Shown one piece after another: positions 20,022 to 31,272 of a stretch of 64,000 nucleotides of DNA. The stretch's first letter is position 1, and every line of letters begins with the position of its first letter. Under the pieces are notes generated by a model. The model saw only the letters and a program-made list of their open reading frames with translations, had not been told where the DNA came from and ran no database searches. The position numbers and the translations under genes were made by a program. The DNA comes from Bdellovibrionota bacterium (lineage in GTDB: Bacteria; Bdellovibrionota; UBA1018; CAIPTA01; JAALKR01): the NCBI GenBank assembly GCA_965207455.1, contig CBDBMJ010000001.1:32001-96000 (forward strand), written 5' to 3'.

Positions 20022-20486
20022 ATGGAGAAATTATTTATTGCTGCCGATCATGCAGGCAAAGCGCTGAAAGATTTTTTATGCAATAACCTCAAAGAGTATA
20101 GTGTGGAAAACTTGGGCACTAATTTATTAGAACCAATGGACTATCCCGACCTTGCCAAACAACTATGTGAAAAAATCAAGGAAGGGAACGCCAAAGGTAT
20201 TTTAATTTGTGGCAGTGGAATTGGTATGAGTATTGCTGCTAATAAATGCACGGGTATTCGTGCAGCCCATGTGGAGAGTTTGCTCACAGCACGTTTAGCA
20301 GGAGAGCATAATCGAGCCAATGTGCTTTGTTTAGGGGAGCGAATAACTGCCCCTCACCATGCATTGGAAATTAGTAGGGCCTGGTTAACGGCAGAATTCG
20401 GAGGCAAAGGGGACGACGAAGCTGCAAAGTCCCGTCACCAAAGGCGCATTGATAAAATACACGACCTAGAAAGAGAGTCCCATTGA
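20022..20486 (+). CDS. rpiB: Ribose-5-phosphate isomerase B
   Basis: [34 protein letters not shown]. Confidence 0.94.
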   Translation: MEKLFIAADHAGKALKDFLCNNLKEYSVENLGTNLLEPMDYPDLAKQLCEKIKEGNAKGILICGSGIGMSIAANKCTGIRAAHVESLLTARLAGEHNRANVLCLGERITAPHHALEISRAWLTAEFGGKGDDEAAKSRHQRRIDKIHDLERESH

Positions 20487-21808
20487 AAGAGTCTGTGTTT
20501 TCTTATTCTTTGCCAAATTTTTTAAAGGAACAGGATCCGGAAATTGCCCAAGCTATGGGTTTAGAGCTTTCTCGTCAGGAGGAGGGTTTAGAACTCATTG
20601 CTTCGGAAAATTATGTGAGTGAATCGGTGATGGCTGCCATGGGTTCCATACTTACCAATAAATATGCGGAAGGCTATCCAGGTAAACGCTACTATGGAGG
20701 CTGCCAGCATGTGGATACCTGTGAGACCCTTGCCTGTGATCGACTACGAGAACTTTTTTCTTGCGACGATAACTCTTCCCATCCCTATATGGCAAATGTT
20801 CAGCCCCATAGTGGAGCTCAGGCCAATATGGCTGTGTTTTTAGCCATGCTGGAACCAGGGGATAGTTTGTTGGGTTTGGATTTAAGTCATGGTGGTCACC
20901 TCACCCACGGTTCTCCCGTAAATTTTTCTGGAAAATTATTCCGCTCCCATCACTATGAAGTGGATAAAGAAACGGAACTCCTAAACTACGAGTCTATTTA
21001 TAGGCAAGCCATGGAGTTCAAACCAAAAATGATTATAGGGGGAGCTAGTGCCTATTCCCAGTTATGGGATTTTGAAAAACTAAGCAAGATTGCAAAAGAA
21101 GCAAACGCATACTTGCTGGTAGACATGGCTCATATTGCTGGACTTGTGGCCGCAGGCCTGCACCCATCGCCCATTGGTCACGCCGACTTTATAACTAGCA
21201 CTACCCACAAAACTCTCCGAGGTCCCCGGGGAGGAATTATTTTGTCCAAGCCGGAGTATGCAAAAAAAATAAACTCCGCTGTATTTCCGGGCATGCAGGG
21301 TGGTCCACTGATGCATGTGATTGGAGCAAAAGCAGTTGCCTTTCAAGAGGCGCTCTCTCCTAAGTTTAAGCAATACCAAGGGAGGGTTTTGGAAAATGCC
21401 TCTGCCTTGGCAAACAGTTTAGCGTCTGGGGGCTTACGTATTGTCAGTGGGGGAACAAAAAATCACCTTGTTTGTGTGCACACCAAGGAACTTACGGGTA
21501 AGGAAGTGGAGCGAGTACTGGATACTGTGCATATTACCGTGAATAAAAATACAATTCCCTTTGAAACCCGATCTCCTTTTGTTACCAGCGGAATTCGTTT
21601 GGGCACTCCTGCGGTAACCACCCGTGGGCTGGGTGTGAAGGAAATGAACCAAATAGGCCAGGCCATTGCTACCGTATGCAAAGAATTAGCCCAACAAACA
21701 GACACTACACAGGAGCGCACACTTTCAAGTGCCACCACGAGGAATGTGCAAGAGTTGGTGGCAGAAATATGCTATGCATTTCCTGTGTATGGTTTGAAAA
21801 CGCGTTAG
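20483..21808 (+). CDS. glyA: Serine hydroxymethyltransferase
   Basis: [33 protein letters not shown]. Confidence 0.97.
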   Translation: MKESVFSYSLPNFLKEQDPEIAQAMGLELSRQEEGLELIASENYVSESVMAAMGSILTNKYAEGYPGKRYYGGCQHVDTCETLACDRLRELFSCDDNSSHPYMANVQPHSGAQANMAVFLAMLEPGDSLLGLDLSHGGHLTHGSPVNFSGKLFRSHHYEVDKETELLNYESIYRQAMEFKPKMIIGGASAYSQLWDFEKLSKIAKEANAYLLVDMAHIAGLVAAGLHPSPIGHADFITSTTHKTLRGPRGGIILSKPEYAKKINSAVFPGMQGGPLMHVIGAKAVAFQEALSPKFKQYQGRVLENASALANSLASGGLRIVSGGTKNHLVCVHTKELTGKEVERVLDTVHITVNKNTIPFETRSPFVTSGIRLGTPAVTTRGLGVKEMNQIGQAIATVCKELAQQTDTTQERTLSSATTRNVQELVAEICYAFPVYGLKTR

Positions 21809-21818
21809 GGAGAGAGCA

Positions 21819-22757
21819 ATGAATATTCTTATTGTATCGGATCCTATTCAAGGTCTTCATCCCGAATCGGACACAGGACTATCCATGCTTCGTTATTCTT
21901 TGATGAAAGGAAGTTCAGTCTTTTGGTGTATTGTCGATGATATTTCCGCAGAAAATTTCACTCTGGTGGTGCAAGCTCAAAAGGTGCAGTCCTGTGAGAG
22001 AAAACAATTGCCAGAGTTGGATCCACCTGAGCCACAAAACCTTGATTTTTTTCATACGGTTTGGATTCGTAAGGACCCTCCTTTCGACGGGTCGTATGTA
22101 ACCCTTTGTTGGTTGTTATGCTTGCGGGAAGGGAAGCAGCTTTTTATTAACTCACCATCGCTACTTCTTCGTCACCATGAAAAGTTTCTTCCGTTAGAGG
22201 CACTGGATGGCGGCTTTCTTTTGGAAAGGGATATTATTCCCACATGGGTTTGTGGTTCTTCTAGTGGAGACAGTAAGTCGCCTAGCTTTCTTTCTGGAGA
22301 GGTGATCCGCAAGCCATGGTTTGGTCATGGGGGCGCAGGAGTGCAAAAATTTTCATCCATAGAAGAGGCATTGAAAGATAGCTCTTCCCTTCATTATATT
22401 TACCAACCCTTTCTTCCCATGGTTACCCAAACAGGAGACAAAAGAATTTTTTTCTTCGACGGTGAGTATATGGGAGATTTTGTGCGTATTCCGAAAAAAG
22501 GCTCCATAGTGGCAAACCTTGCCCAAGGGGGGCATGGAATTTTAAAACCATTGAAGCCAGAGGAAAAAAATACCTGCGATCGGGTGGGTAAATTTTTAAA
22601 GCATTTGGGCATTGCTATTGCTGGAGTGGACATGATCGACGGGAAAATTTCAGAAATTAATATTACTGCACCCACTGGTTTTGAAACATTAAGAGAATTG
22701 GGTGGTCCTCCCATGGATGAAAAATTTTTTCAAATGGTGGAACGTCAACTTACATAA
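21819..22757 (+). CDS. gshB: Glutathione synthetase (ATP-grasp)
   Basis: RKDPPFD, GDKRI, NLAQGG, EINITAPTG. Confidence 0.85.
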   Translation: MNILIVSDPIQGLHPESDTGLSMLRYSLMKGSSVFWCIVDDISAENFTLVVQAQKVQSCERKQLPELDPPEPQNLDFFHTVWIRKDPPFDGSYVTLCWLLCLREGKQLFINSPSLLLRHHEKFLPLEALDGGFLLERDIIPTWVCGSSSGDSKSPSFLSGEVIRKPWFGHGGAGVQKFSSIEEALKDSSSLHYIYQPFLPMVTQTGDKRIFFFDGEYMGDFVRIPKKGSIVANLAQGGHGILKPLKPEEKNTCDRVGKFLKHLGIAIAGVDMIDGKISEINITAPTGFETLRELGGPPMDEKFFQMVERQLT

Positions 22758-22767
22758 GCTGGGAAAT

Positions 22768-24036
22768 TTAGGAAAAATGCTTTTTAGCTAGGTTGGAAAA
22801 GGCTTGCCCCCGTTCTTCAAAGTTTTTAAATTCGTCATAGCTCGTACCACCTGGGCTTAATAATACGGTATCTCCTGGTTTCGTTATGGATGGAATATTT
22901 TCCATGGCGCTTGCTAAAGAAGAGCATTCCATGCCCTCCATGCCTGTACGTGTTTTAATCTTTTGAGCCGACTCTCCAAAAAACACACAATAAAGATTGG
23001 GAAGGGAATGGAGGTATTGCAATTCCTCCCAGGGAAGGTTTTTATCTCGACCACCTAAGAGGAGAATAGTCTTTTTCCCCTGCTCTTGGCCTAAACTTTC
23101 CACAGCCGTGCGTATGCTTTGAATAGTAGTGGACTTGCTGTCGTTGATAAAAGAAATATTTTTATATTGCCCCACATTTTCCATGCGATGGGGAAGACCG
23201 GAAAAATCGAGCATGCCTTTTTTATAGGATTCTGGCCAGCCACAATTTTTGGCAATCGTACTGGCAAGGGCAAGGTTGTCTTTACCGTGTTTGCCTAAAA
23301 GTTTGGCATGTTTCCATTCCTCCTGTGTGAACGTGTCTTCCTTTGACCAGACAAAAGGGATGGAAATGTGGTTTTGTGCGTATTTTTTTAAATCACCTCC
23401 CCTAGCGTTTCCAAACATTTTTTTCTTTGTATGGCGAGTAAGGGACCACTTACAAGCATAATAGACGTTTAAATCTTTATACCTTTCCAGATGGTTGGGA
23501 GCAAAATAGGTAAACACACCATAATCGCACTCTAATCCCTTAGAATTTTCCAATTGAAAACTGGAGAGTTCCAATACAATCCATTGTGCTCGTTCTCTTT
23601 TCTTTTTTCTGAGAGCCAGCGCATAATCACCCAAAGGGATTCCGATATTTCCTCCCATACAATACGGTAAGCGGGAAGTTTCCAGCCCTGCGCCCAAAAG
23701 GGAAACAACGGTGCTTTTTCCCAGCGACCCGGTAACTCCAATAATTTTCTCGTCGCTGATATCTTCAAGCGCTAGACTTAATTCACTACTAATGTGATGG
23801 CCTTCTTGTTTGGCAAAGGTTTGGATCCATGGGGTGCTAAGGGGTATGCCTGGAGAGACAATTAATGTTCGAGGATTAGCTTTTTGAAGCATTTTTTTCT
23901 CGCATTGGAATTCTCCAAGGGAGGGGTCTTTATCAAAGGTTACTAATTTGTTGTTGGGAATTCCCCGTGCTTGTAATAGGGCGTGGGCAGATTGTCCGCT
24001 CAATCCCATACCAATGAGGGCAATTGGATTGTCCAT
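22768..24036 (-). CDS. murD: UDP-MurNAc-L-Ala:D-Glu ligase
   Basis: IGMGLSG, VSPGI, GVTGSLGKST, ELSSFQL, NDSKST, LLSPG..SYDEF; start placed at ATG 24036 right after the gloB stop. Confidence 0.92.
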   Translation of the reverse strand: MDNPIALIGMGLSGQSAHALLQARGIPNNKLVTFDKDPSLGEFQCEKKMLQKANPRTLIVSPGIPLSTPWIQTFAKQEGHHISSELSLALEDISDEKIIGVTGSLGKSTVVSLLGAGLETSRLPYCMGGNIGIPLGDYALALRKKKRERAQWIVLELSSFQLENSKGLECDYGVFTYFAPNHLERYKDLNVYYACKWSLTRHTKKKMFGNARGGDLKKYAQNHISIPFVWSKEDTFTQEEWKHAKLLGKHGKDNLALASTIAKNCGWPESYKKGMLDFSGLPHRMENVGQYKNISFINDSKSTTIQSIRTAVESLGQEQGKKTILLLGGRDKNLPWEELQYLHSLPNLYCVFFGESAQKIKTRTGMEGMECSSLASAMENIPSITKPGDTVLLSPGGTSYDEFKNFEERGQAFSNLAKKHFS

Positions 24037-24037
24037 C

Positions 24038-24805
24038 TTATTGGAAGTCATTCTTGAGTTTCCGTATTTTTGTAAATACATCCACGGGATTGGATCCCAA
24101 CATATTCAGGCGCTGTTGTATTTCAGTGGTATCGGCTCTCAGGAAAGGGTTCGCTTCGCACTCGTCCTGTAGGGTTGTGGGGACAGTGGGAAGTCCTGCA
24201 TTTGCCTGCTTCTGGGCTCTTTTCACATATTTTTTTAGTTTTGCATTTTCCGGGTCAATATACTCGGCAAACCTGGCATTCTTTACTGTATATTCATGAC
24301 CGCAGTAGACTTTGGTGTCGGCAGGTAGTTTCCGCAAGCGGTCTAGGCTATGCCACATTTGTTGGGGAGTGCCTTCAAATAAAAAGCCACAACCTAGGGT
24401 GAAGAGAGTGTCTCCACAGAACAAGGCCTTGGATTGGGAAAAATAAAAAGCGGTGTGCCCGGTGGTATGTCCCGGAACATGTATGGCTGTTGCTGGAGAA
24501 CCTTTCCAGTTAAAACTTTCTCCGTCGCCCAGAGTATGGTCTATTCCTGGAATGCGATCTTTATCTGAGGCCGGTCCCACAATAGTACAGCCCGTGGCTT
24601 TTTTTATTTCCAGATTGCCATTTGTATGATCCCAGTGGTGATGAGTATTGAGAATGAAATCTAATTTTTTCTTTTTTTGCTCCAGCAGCTCCAAAATAGG
24701 GGCACTCTCGGAAGGATCAATGATGGCAGTTTGACCCGCAGTATCTTCCAGAAAATAAGCGTAGTTATCTTCTAAAAGAGGAATAAGCTCGATAGCCATG
24801 GTCAT
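24038..24805 (-). CDS. gloB: Hydroxyacylglutathione hydrolase (glyoxalase II)
   Basis: DNYAY, THHHWDH, PGHT.GH, GDTLF, CGHEYT, NPFLR. Confidence 0.93.
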   Translation of the reverse strand: MTMAIELIPLLEDNYAYFLEDTAGQTAIIDPSESAPILELLEQKKKKLDFILNTHHHWDHTNGNLEIKKATGCTIVGPASDKDRIPGIDHTLGDGESFNWKGSPATAIHVPGHTTGHTAFYFSQSKALFCGDTLFTLGCGFLFEGTPQQMWHSLDRLRKLPADTKVYCGHEYTVKNARFAEYIDPENAKLKKYVKRAQKQANAGLPTVPTTLQDECEANPFLRADTTEIQQRLNMLGSNPVDVFTKIRKLKNDFQ

Positions 24806-25082
24806 AGCTTCTTTATATCATATTATGATATTTTTTTACATTGCGTAGTATACAGCACCCACTTGGCTGTTGAAAAATAGTATAGTCGAATAAAAATTCA
24901 ATATGATATTTGCTCAATGAGAAGATATGGCAAATTCTAAACTGCCGAGTGCGTTAAAATATTCTTTATTTAGTTGTGCCAAGAACATAGTGTGTTGAAT
25001 AAATTGCAAAATTCATCGATAAAATGATTAAAAATACGATTAAAAACAAAATAAACGAAACTAAAATAAAGGAGAATAAAAA

Positions 25083-25643
25083 ATGATGAAAAATAATATA
25101 AAACACTATGTACTGATATTTTTATGTGCGTTTTCTGTGTCAGCAATGGCCGATGTACAGAATAATGGTCCGTTAGATCATGGGGCGAGTGATAAATCTT
25201 ACTTCGATCAACTGGGAGAGGCTTTTGACAATGCAGCACCAGTACAGGAGAGTGATGTTCTTGATTGGACAAGTGGACGATGCTTTTATAAAAGCACACC
25301 AAACAGGGCTAGGAACTCATTAATTGCTGGATTTATTGATGATGATTTGGTTGATTACGGCTTAACTCCGCGACATAAATATTCAATCATTGAGAGTAGC
25401 TCCACACATGCGAACTACTTTGATAATTTTATTGATGACAATCCTAACTTAGTAGAACTTATGGAGAGTCTTATAATAAATGAAGCAAAACCATCAACTC
25501 AGGAGGACGGAAGCCTTGTAGCTTATTTTAGTTCTAATACTAGATGGAATGTAAGGAAAGGAACAATAGGTCTAGAGTCAGATACAGAATATCTTTTGTT
25601 AGGAATATCCTATCCAGATGGCACAAAAGTCACTCCATACTGA
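25083..25643 (+). CDS. Secreted hypothetical protein, paralog 1 (3' end cut by IS630)
   Basis: AAGGAG RBS, signal peptide; shares NGPLDHGASD..YF.QL.EAF.NAAP.QESDVL.WT.GRCFYK with 27303-27887; its stop codon lies inside the IS inverted repeat. Confidence 0.75.
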   Translation: MMKNNIKHYVLIFLCAFSVSAMADVQNNGPLDHGASDKSYFDQLGEAFDNAAPVQESDVLDWTSGRCFYKSTPNRARNSLIAGFIDDDLVDYGLTPRHKYSIIESSSTHANYFDNFIDDNPNLVELMESLIINEAKPSTQEDGSLVAYFSSNTRWNVRKGTIGLESDTEYLLLGISYPDGTKVTPY

Positions 25644-26870
25644 AAATAACTATGACGATCCGTGAACTTGATATATCCGTTCGATAATACGAAAGTGTAG
25701 CAGATTCCCCGGATGGCTCACCATCTGGATAAAATTAAGTCATTTTTCATCTGAGCCATAGATATGAACTGCCTGTAATAAACTCAAGCCACGTCTTTTT
25801 GCGGAATGGATCTTAAAATATGAGAGTTTCTAAAGTCCGAGTGCAGAGCTTCTTAATAGCCGTCACTATCACAGAATGGATTCCATGCTTCACAACAGGT
25901 ATTCACAATATGCTCATAGTTTTTAAAACAAGTATTAGATAATTTTATTTTCCGGAGCTGTTGCCATACTTGCGTAGGATTGAGTCTCTGGGGTGGAGGT
26001 ACATTAAGGAAATATTTTTGGGAATAATCAATGCTCTGTTGTATGCCAGCTTGCCCTATCCATTAGAATAATCCCATGGTACCCCTCTTGAACTTCTTCG
26101 GAAATTTGCAAGTGAATTTTCATTCCAGAATTACATTCCGGCAAAATAAGTGCACAGCCAACATCTCTGTTGGGCAAACTGCTCCAAAAATATAGGTCGA
26201 TAAAAATTGTCTTCTTGGTCTTGTTCCCTTCGCAGCCCAAATTCTAGAAAGACTTCCCTGTTGCCCTACCCGGCATTCATCTTGCCACCAAATCTCTATT
26301 TTTTCAGAATCCAGCTTTTCTTTTATTTTCTCCGTTGCCTCTGGGAACTTTGCCTTTGTTCAATTGCTTCCACTTTGCTTGTCCGGATATCCAAACAATA
26401 TTAAGCCTATCTAGGAGAGCATACACTCCCGATAACGAATAACAGGAGTCGAATTTATTGCTAATAAATCCCGAATCTCCTGTTATCCTTCCACCATCCT
26501 TAGATTCTTGGAGATCCAGCTCTAATTTTGATTCCTCTGCATCAGGGGGTAAGCGAGGCTTTCTGCCACGACCTTCTCTACATATAAGACCCTCATAGTC
26601 ATAGGCTGCAAAACGCTCTAGCCAAGATTTCACAGATTTGTCACTATACCGAACAATACATGCAACTTCCTCGACTGTTTTCCCTTCTTGAAAATTTAAT
26701 AGAGCCAGCAACTTTACTTTTATTGAAGTTCTTTCCACCTTGTAGGTAGCTAAGAAATTATAATCATGAATTTTACTGGTTAGTTCCTTTATTTTTAGCA
26801 CTCAAAAAGAATAACCCCATTTTATCAAAAACACTCCCAGTGCGTCAGAAAACCGTAGTTATTTTCTGTA
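25638..26870 (-). mobile_element. Degraded IS630-family insertion sequence
   Basis: Imperfect 17-bp TIRs (TACTGAAAATAACTATG / CGTAGTTATTTTCTGTA, 15/17) ending in TA; HTH ORF 26304-26801 (GRKPRL, YSLSGVYALLDRLNIVW); DDE remnants (IILMDRASWH, LNP..QVWQQLR) with many frameshifts. Confidence 0.85.
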
Positions 26871-26884
26871 AGTATAATAAACAA

Positions 26885-26920
26885 CAAAATCCTCTGTCCT
26901 CGTAATAGGCAGGGGATTTG
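26885..26920 (+). terminator. Hairpin, probably the displaced terminator of paralog 1
   Basis: AAATCCTCTG..CAGGGGATTT, nearly the same as 27914-27948. Confidence 0.6.
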
Positions 26921-27302
26921 AACGCAAATGCAGGGCTGCGACGCGTGAGGTCTCTGTGACAAAAAAATCTCGAGAAAGTTATCCCTATTAAAGCAATTTA
27001 AAAAAGGAAGAAAAACTTACTATATAGGTTCTGGGTTTCATTTAGGTAATTAAACGCCTGTTACTTTGCTTTGTTTCCATTTCTGCTTTTATATTCAAAG
27101 CAATTTTTTTGTAATATTCCATCATTTGTGGATCCTTGGATTAACGCTAATTGACATAAATTTTTTTTATTACAGGGAACAAATAATATCATTATATTTA
27201 TTTTTAAGTTTGTCCGATAGTAACTACAGAAGCAAAATCAATTTAACATGGCTTATGGACACTTGCTTTCGTGTATTAAGTCAAAAAGAAAGGAATAGAA
27301 TT

Positions 27303-27887
27303 ATGAAAAGTATAATAGCAGTAATTTTTTTATGTACGTTTTCCGTAACAGCAGCAGCAACAATGCAGGAGCGAGATAATGGTCCGTTAGATCATGGGGC
27401 AAGTGATAACACTTACTTCGGTCAACTAGAAGAGGCTTTCAATAATGCAGCGCCAGCACAGGAGAGTGATGTTCTTGGTTGGACAGCTGGACGATGCTTT
27501 TATAAAGATCAACCAAACTTTGCTAAGAACGGAGCACTTGCTGGATTTACGGCTAGCGGTCATCCAGCTGGTCCTGGATTAGAGTCAGATCATATGTATG
27601 TAACCATGAACTCTCCGCTCAAAGCAGAGAGTTATTATGACGATTTTGCGCCGTCTGGCCACGACAATCTTATGGCAATAGTTGCCGCATCAAGATCAGC
27701 GCAGAGGGATGGAAGTCTTGTGGAGAGTCATCCTAGATTCGCTAACACGCACGCCATAAGAAAGGGAGTGATAATAGGTCCAAAATCAGATACAGAGTAT
27801 CTCCTGTCAAGAGGCAATAATAAACATGTTATCGGAGTCGCCTACAGCTACTGCTATTACTTTAAGAAATTAGATTTTAAAGACTAA
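27303..27887 (+). CDS. Secreted hypothetical protein, paralog 2 (194 aa)
   Basis: AAGGA RBS; signal peptide MKSIIAVIFLCTFSVTAAA; intact YSYCYYFK C-terminus. Confidence 0.8.
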   Translation: MKSIIAVIFLCTFSVTAAATMQERDNGPLDHGASDNTYFGQLEEAFNNAAPAQESDVLGWTAGRCFYKDQPNFAKNGALAGFTASGHPAGPGLESDHMYVTMNSPLKAESYYDDFAPSGHDNLMAIVAASRSAQRDGSLVESHPRFANTHAIRKGVIIGPKSDTEYLLSRGNNKHVIGVAYSYCYYFKKLDFKD

Positions 27888-27913
27888 AAATATTCCAATA
27901 GCAAATCAAAATG

Positions 27914-27948
27914 AAATCCTCTGCTTAGTAACAGGCAGGGGATTTTTT
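27914..27948 (+). terminator. Intrinsic terminator
   Basis: AAATCCTCTGC-loop-GCAGGGGATTTTTT. Confidence 0.7.
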
Positions 27949-28059
27949 GTTTCATGTCTTGGCTATCAACGCAAATAAAAACATTGGATATTAAAAATAG
28001 AATTTTTTTTCATCTTATAGTAGTTTAGGAGCTATATAAAAACAGATAGGAGACTTTAT

Positions 28060-28410
28060 ATGAACAATGAAAATCGAGAAAAAAATGATTTAGGTATTTG
28101 GGAGATAGGGGTAGACGAGGTGCGTGAGAACCGTAACGCTCTTCAATTAGTGGACGTGCGAGAGCCAGACGAGTTTGTGGGAGAACTGGGTCATATCGAC
28201 GGAGCAAACTCATCTTCCATACAAACAGCCCTAATGGATTACCTTCCCACCCTGTCCAAAGAACAAACCTATGTATTTATTTGCAGGAGCGGTAAGCGTT
28301 CTTCCCGAGCGGCTAAGCTGGCAGTAGAGCAAGGCTTCCCCCATGTTTATAATATGAAGGGTGGCATGATGGAGTGGAATCGCCGTTCTTTTCCCGTAAC
28401 CTCGGATTAA
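28060..28410 (+). CDS. Rhodanese-like sulfurtransferase
   Basis: [29 protein letters not shown]. Confidence 0.9.
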   Translation: MNNENREKNDLGIWEIGVDEVRENRNALQLVDVREPDEFVGELGHIDGANSSSIQTALMDYLPTLSKEQTYVFICRSGKRSSRAAKLAVEQGFPHVYNMKGGMMEWNRRSFPVTSD

Positions 28411-30527
28411 AGGCGGTAGGGCTTGTGGTCCTCAGCCATTTTCTTTAATTTTTTTATTTCTGTTGTGGGTTGCTTGCAGGTATGGTTTTCACAAACATAG
28501 GCAGTGGTTTTTTTATCGATTATTTTCTTTCCCCAAAATAGGGGAGAGGAGCTTTTATCCTCGAAGGGAGTTCCTTGTCCCATGGCCACCACTTTGTTTG
28601 GTAAAAAAGAATGATATATCCAAGAACGCATTTCGTTTGTTGGGGTAAGGGCAGATTTTTCGTCTATAATTACTAATTCTTTGGTTTGGTCCAGGTAGTA
28701 GTCCAGTGCTATGAGTCCTTGGGCGTAGCCGCTGGGAGATCGCACATAAAATCGAGAAAGAAATGTTAGTAATTCCTTGGCTCTTTGTTTATAGGTTTCT
28801 TGAAAGGTAAAACCTTGGAGTCGCAAAAGATTTAAGGCAGCAATGGTATTGCCGGAGGGGATGGCTCCATCGTAGGTATCTTTGCGTTTGTAGATGAGGG
28901 TGCTGTCCGACGATTCGCTGGTAAAGTATCCACCTTCCTTAGTGTCCCAGAAAAGCTTGTCCTGTGTTTTTTGCAGGTCGATAGCCCAGTCTAGCCACTC
29001 TTGATTGAAGTCACTTTCATATAAATGGAGTAGGCCATAGATGAGAAAAGCATAATCGCTAATTGTTCCAGAGAACCGACTATCTCCATCCCTATATCGT
29101 CTCAGTAATACATTATTTTTCCAAAGATTTTCTTTCAAAAATCGTGCACTTTTTTGAGCTGCTTTTTTGTAGCGAACATCTTGGGTAATTTGAAATCCTC
29201 GAGACAGAGCCGCAATCATTAAGCCGTTCCAGGCAGTGAGCACTTTGTCGTCCTTATGGGGATTTTCTCGCTGAGAACGTTTTTGAAAGAGTTTTTTTCT
29301 AGCTGCAACCATGGGCGCTTGCTGGCTTTTATTCCAATCTGTTTCGGGATCAATATTTAAAATACTATGTCCTTCAAAATTTCCTTTGGAGGTAACACCA
29401 TAAAAAGAAATGAGTGGAGCAGCGTTTGTTTTACCTAAGATTTGTTCTATCTCCTCCATTGTCCAAACATAAAACTCACCTTCTTTGCCCACCTCTCCTG
29501 CATCTTGGGCAGAATAAAATCCACCTTGTGGATGGGTCATTTCTTTTAGCACATAATCTAGGGTTTCCTTTGCCACTGACTTGTACATTTCTTTTTTTGT
29601 TACTTGCCATGCCTCTAAGTAGGTAAAGGCAAGGAGTGCATTATCATAGAGCATTTTTTCAAAATGGGGAGCTAGCCATTTCTTGTCTGTGGAATAGCGA
29701 TGAAAGCCTCCTCCCAGTTGATCATAGATGCCTCCGGAGGCCATGCTATCCAAGGTATGGGTGACCATTTGTAGGGCCTCTTTGTTTCCTGTTCGACGAT
29801 AAATTCTTAATAAAAGAGAAATTCCCATGCTGGGGGGAAATTTAGGAGCGGATCCAAAGCCACCGTCGATGGGATCGAATCGACCTTTTAGTTCCAAGAA
29901 CGCCTTCTTTAATGTTTCTTCACTTAAACTAATGGGAGAGTTCAGTTGTGCTTTTTCAAAATGGTCAAGAATTTTTTGTCCTGAATCTATTATGGCAGGT
30001 TGATCGTTTTTCCAAGCGTTTTGTATTTGTGACAGGAGGTTTAGAAACTGATCTTTGGGAAAATAGGTTCCACCAAAAAAAGGGTTTCCGTTGGGTGTTA
30101 AAAACACGCTCATGGGCCATCCACCTCTACCCGTAAGTGCTGTAACGGCATCCATATAAATATCATCCACATCCGGGCGTTCTTCTCTATCCACTTTAAT
30201 ACTAATGAAATTACGATTTAAAACATCAGCCACGTCCTGTTGTTCAAAAGATTCTTTTTCCATTACATGGCACCAGTAGCAAGTGGAATAGCCGATGGAC
30301 AGAAAAATGGGTTTATTTTCTTTTTGAGCGGACTGGAAGGCTTCCTCTCCCCAAGCATACCAATGCACGGGGTTTTCCCTGTGTTGTAATAGGTAAGGGC
30401 TTTTCTCTTTTCCCAGTCGGTTGTATTTTTTCTCCATATTTATACCTCCCGTATCCACATAATACCCGAAAGCTACCCAAAGGGAGAGACAAAGGAAGGA
30501 GCTTAGGAGAATTATTTTTTTATTCAT
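28407..30527 (-). CDS. Thioredoxin (DUF255) + six-hairpin glycosidase-like protein, YyaL/SPATA20 family, with N-terminal signal/TM
   Basis: [54 protein letters not shown]. Confidence 0.92.
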   Translation of the reverse strand: MNKKIILLSSFLCLSLWVAFGYYVDTGGINMEKKYNRLGKEKSPYLLQHRENPVHWYAWGEEAFQSAQKENKPIFLSIGYSTCYWCHVMEKESFEQQDVADVLNRNFISIKVDREERPDVDDIYMDAVTALTGRGGWPMSVFLTPNGNPFFGGTYFPKDQFLNLLSQIQNAWKNDQPAIIDSGQKILDHFEKAQLNSPISLSEETLKKAFLELKGRFDPIDGGFGSAPKFPPSMGISLLLRIYRRTGNKEALQMVTHTLDSMASGGIYDQLGGGFHRYSTDKKWLAPHFEKMLYDNALLAFTYLEAWQVTKKEMYKSVAKETLDYVLKEMTHPQGGFYSAQDAGEVGKEGEFYVWTMEEIEQILGKTNAAPLISFYGVTSKGNFEGHSILNIDPETDWNKSQQAPMVAARKKLFQKRSQRENPHKDDKVLTAWNGLMIAALSRGFQITQDVRYKKAAQKSARFLKENLWKNNVLLRRYRDGDSRFSGTISDYAFLIYGLLHLYESDFNQEWLDWAIDLQKTQDKLFWDTKEGGYFTSESSDSTLIYKRKDTYDGAIPSGNTIAALNLLRLQGFTFQETYKQRAKELLTFLSRFYVRSPSGYAQGLIALDYYLDQTKELVIIDEKSALTPTNEMRSWIYHSFLPNKVVAMGQGTPFEDKSSSPLFWGKKIIDKKTTAYVCENHTCKQPTTEIKKLKKMAEDHKPYRL

Positions 30528-31272
30528 TTGTTACGTTAGAAATCTTTAGGCAATGATGCTGTATAAGAAATTGGATTAGGTTTGTTATTTGAAGTTTTGT
30601 TTTTTCTTGTTCTATAAGTTGGGCTAGGGATTTTAGGGGAGTACTCTTCTGCGCACTCAACAAGAAAGACCAAAGATCCAGGCTAAATGTTTGGTAATAT
30701 ATTGTTTCCTGCTGACGAACAATTACCAGAACGCTTTCTTTTTCTGGGGTAATTTCTCCTTCTTTGCGGTGGAGTGTGGCTAACCAAATTTGTTGCACAG
30801 GATGGGATATTTTCATGATCTTTGCATTCACTAGTCGTATGCTTTGATCATCTTCTAATTGGTTGAGTTCTCGTACATATTCTGTTTGCGGTGTCTCTAG
30901 GAAGAGTTCTTTTATTTTCCATTCCAAGCGGGCGAGTTCAGGTAGGAATGGAATTTCTTCTACCAGTTCTTTCAGGCTGTGGAGGTAGTCGGGAAAGGAA
31001 GAACCGTAATCGATAATGTTTGGGCTTACTAACGAGTTCGTTTGAATATAGCGAGGAGTAATTTTTTTAAAGAAATCTTCTCCCAGTATTTCTTGAATGG
31101 CTTCAAATGTATTGGCAAGAGATTCATTTAGATTTTGAAAATAATTATTTTGATAGATACTGATAGCTTGACTTACAGATAGATCACCACATGCAGTTAA
31201 TGTTTCTGAGGAGATGGGAGTGTTTTTTCCAAAATGTAAAAATTTTTCCTGAAATTCTGTATTAGTTTTCAT
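30520..31272 (-). CDS. DUF2063 (BufC/HvfC-like) MNIO partner protein
   Basis: [41 protein letters not shown]; directly follows DUF692. Confidence 0.82.
   Translation of the reverse strand: MKTNTEFQEKFLHFGKNTPISSETLTACGDLSVSQAISIYQNNYFQNLNESLANTFEAIQEILGEDFFKKITPRYIQTNSLVSPNIIDYGSSFPDYLHSLKELVEEIPFLPELARLEWKIKELFLETPQTEYVRELNQLEDDQSIRLVNAKIMKISHPVQQIWLATLHRKEGEITPEKESVLVIVRQQETIYYQTFSLDLWSFLLSAQKSTPLKSLAQLIEQEKTKLQITNLIQFLIQHHCLKISNVTNE

Noticed and set aside
26948..26985. GAGGTCTCTGTGACAAAAAA, vaguely IS-end-like
   Set aside because: No partner inverted repeat or transposase found
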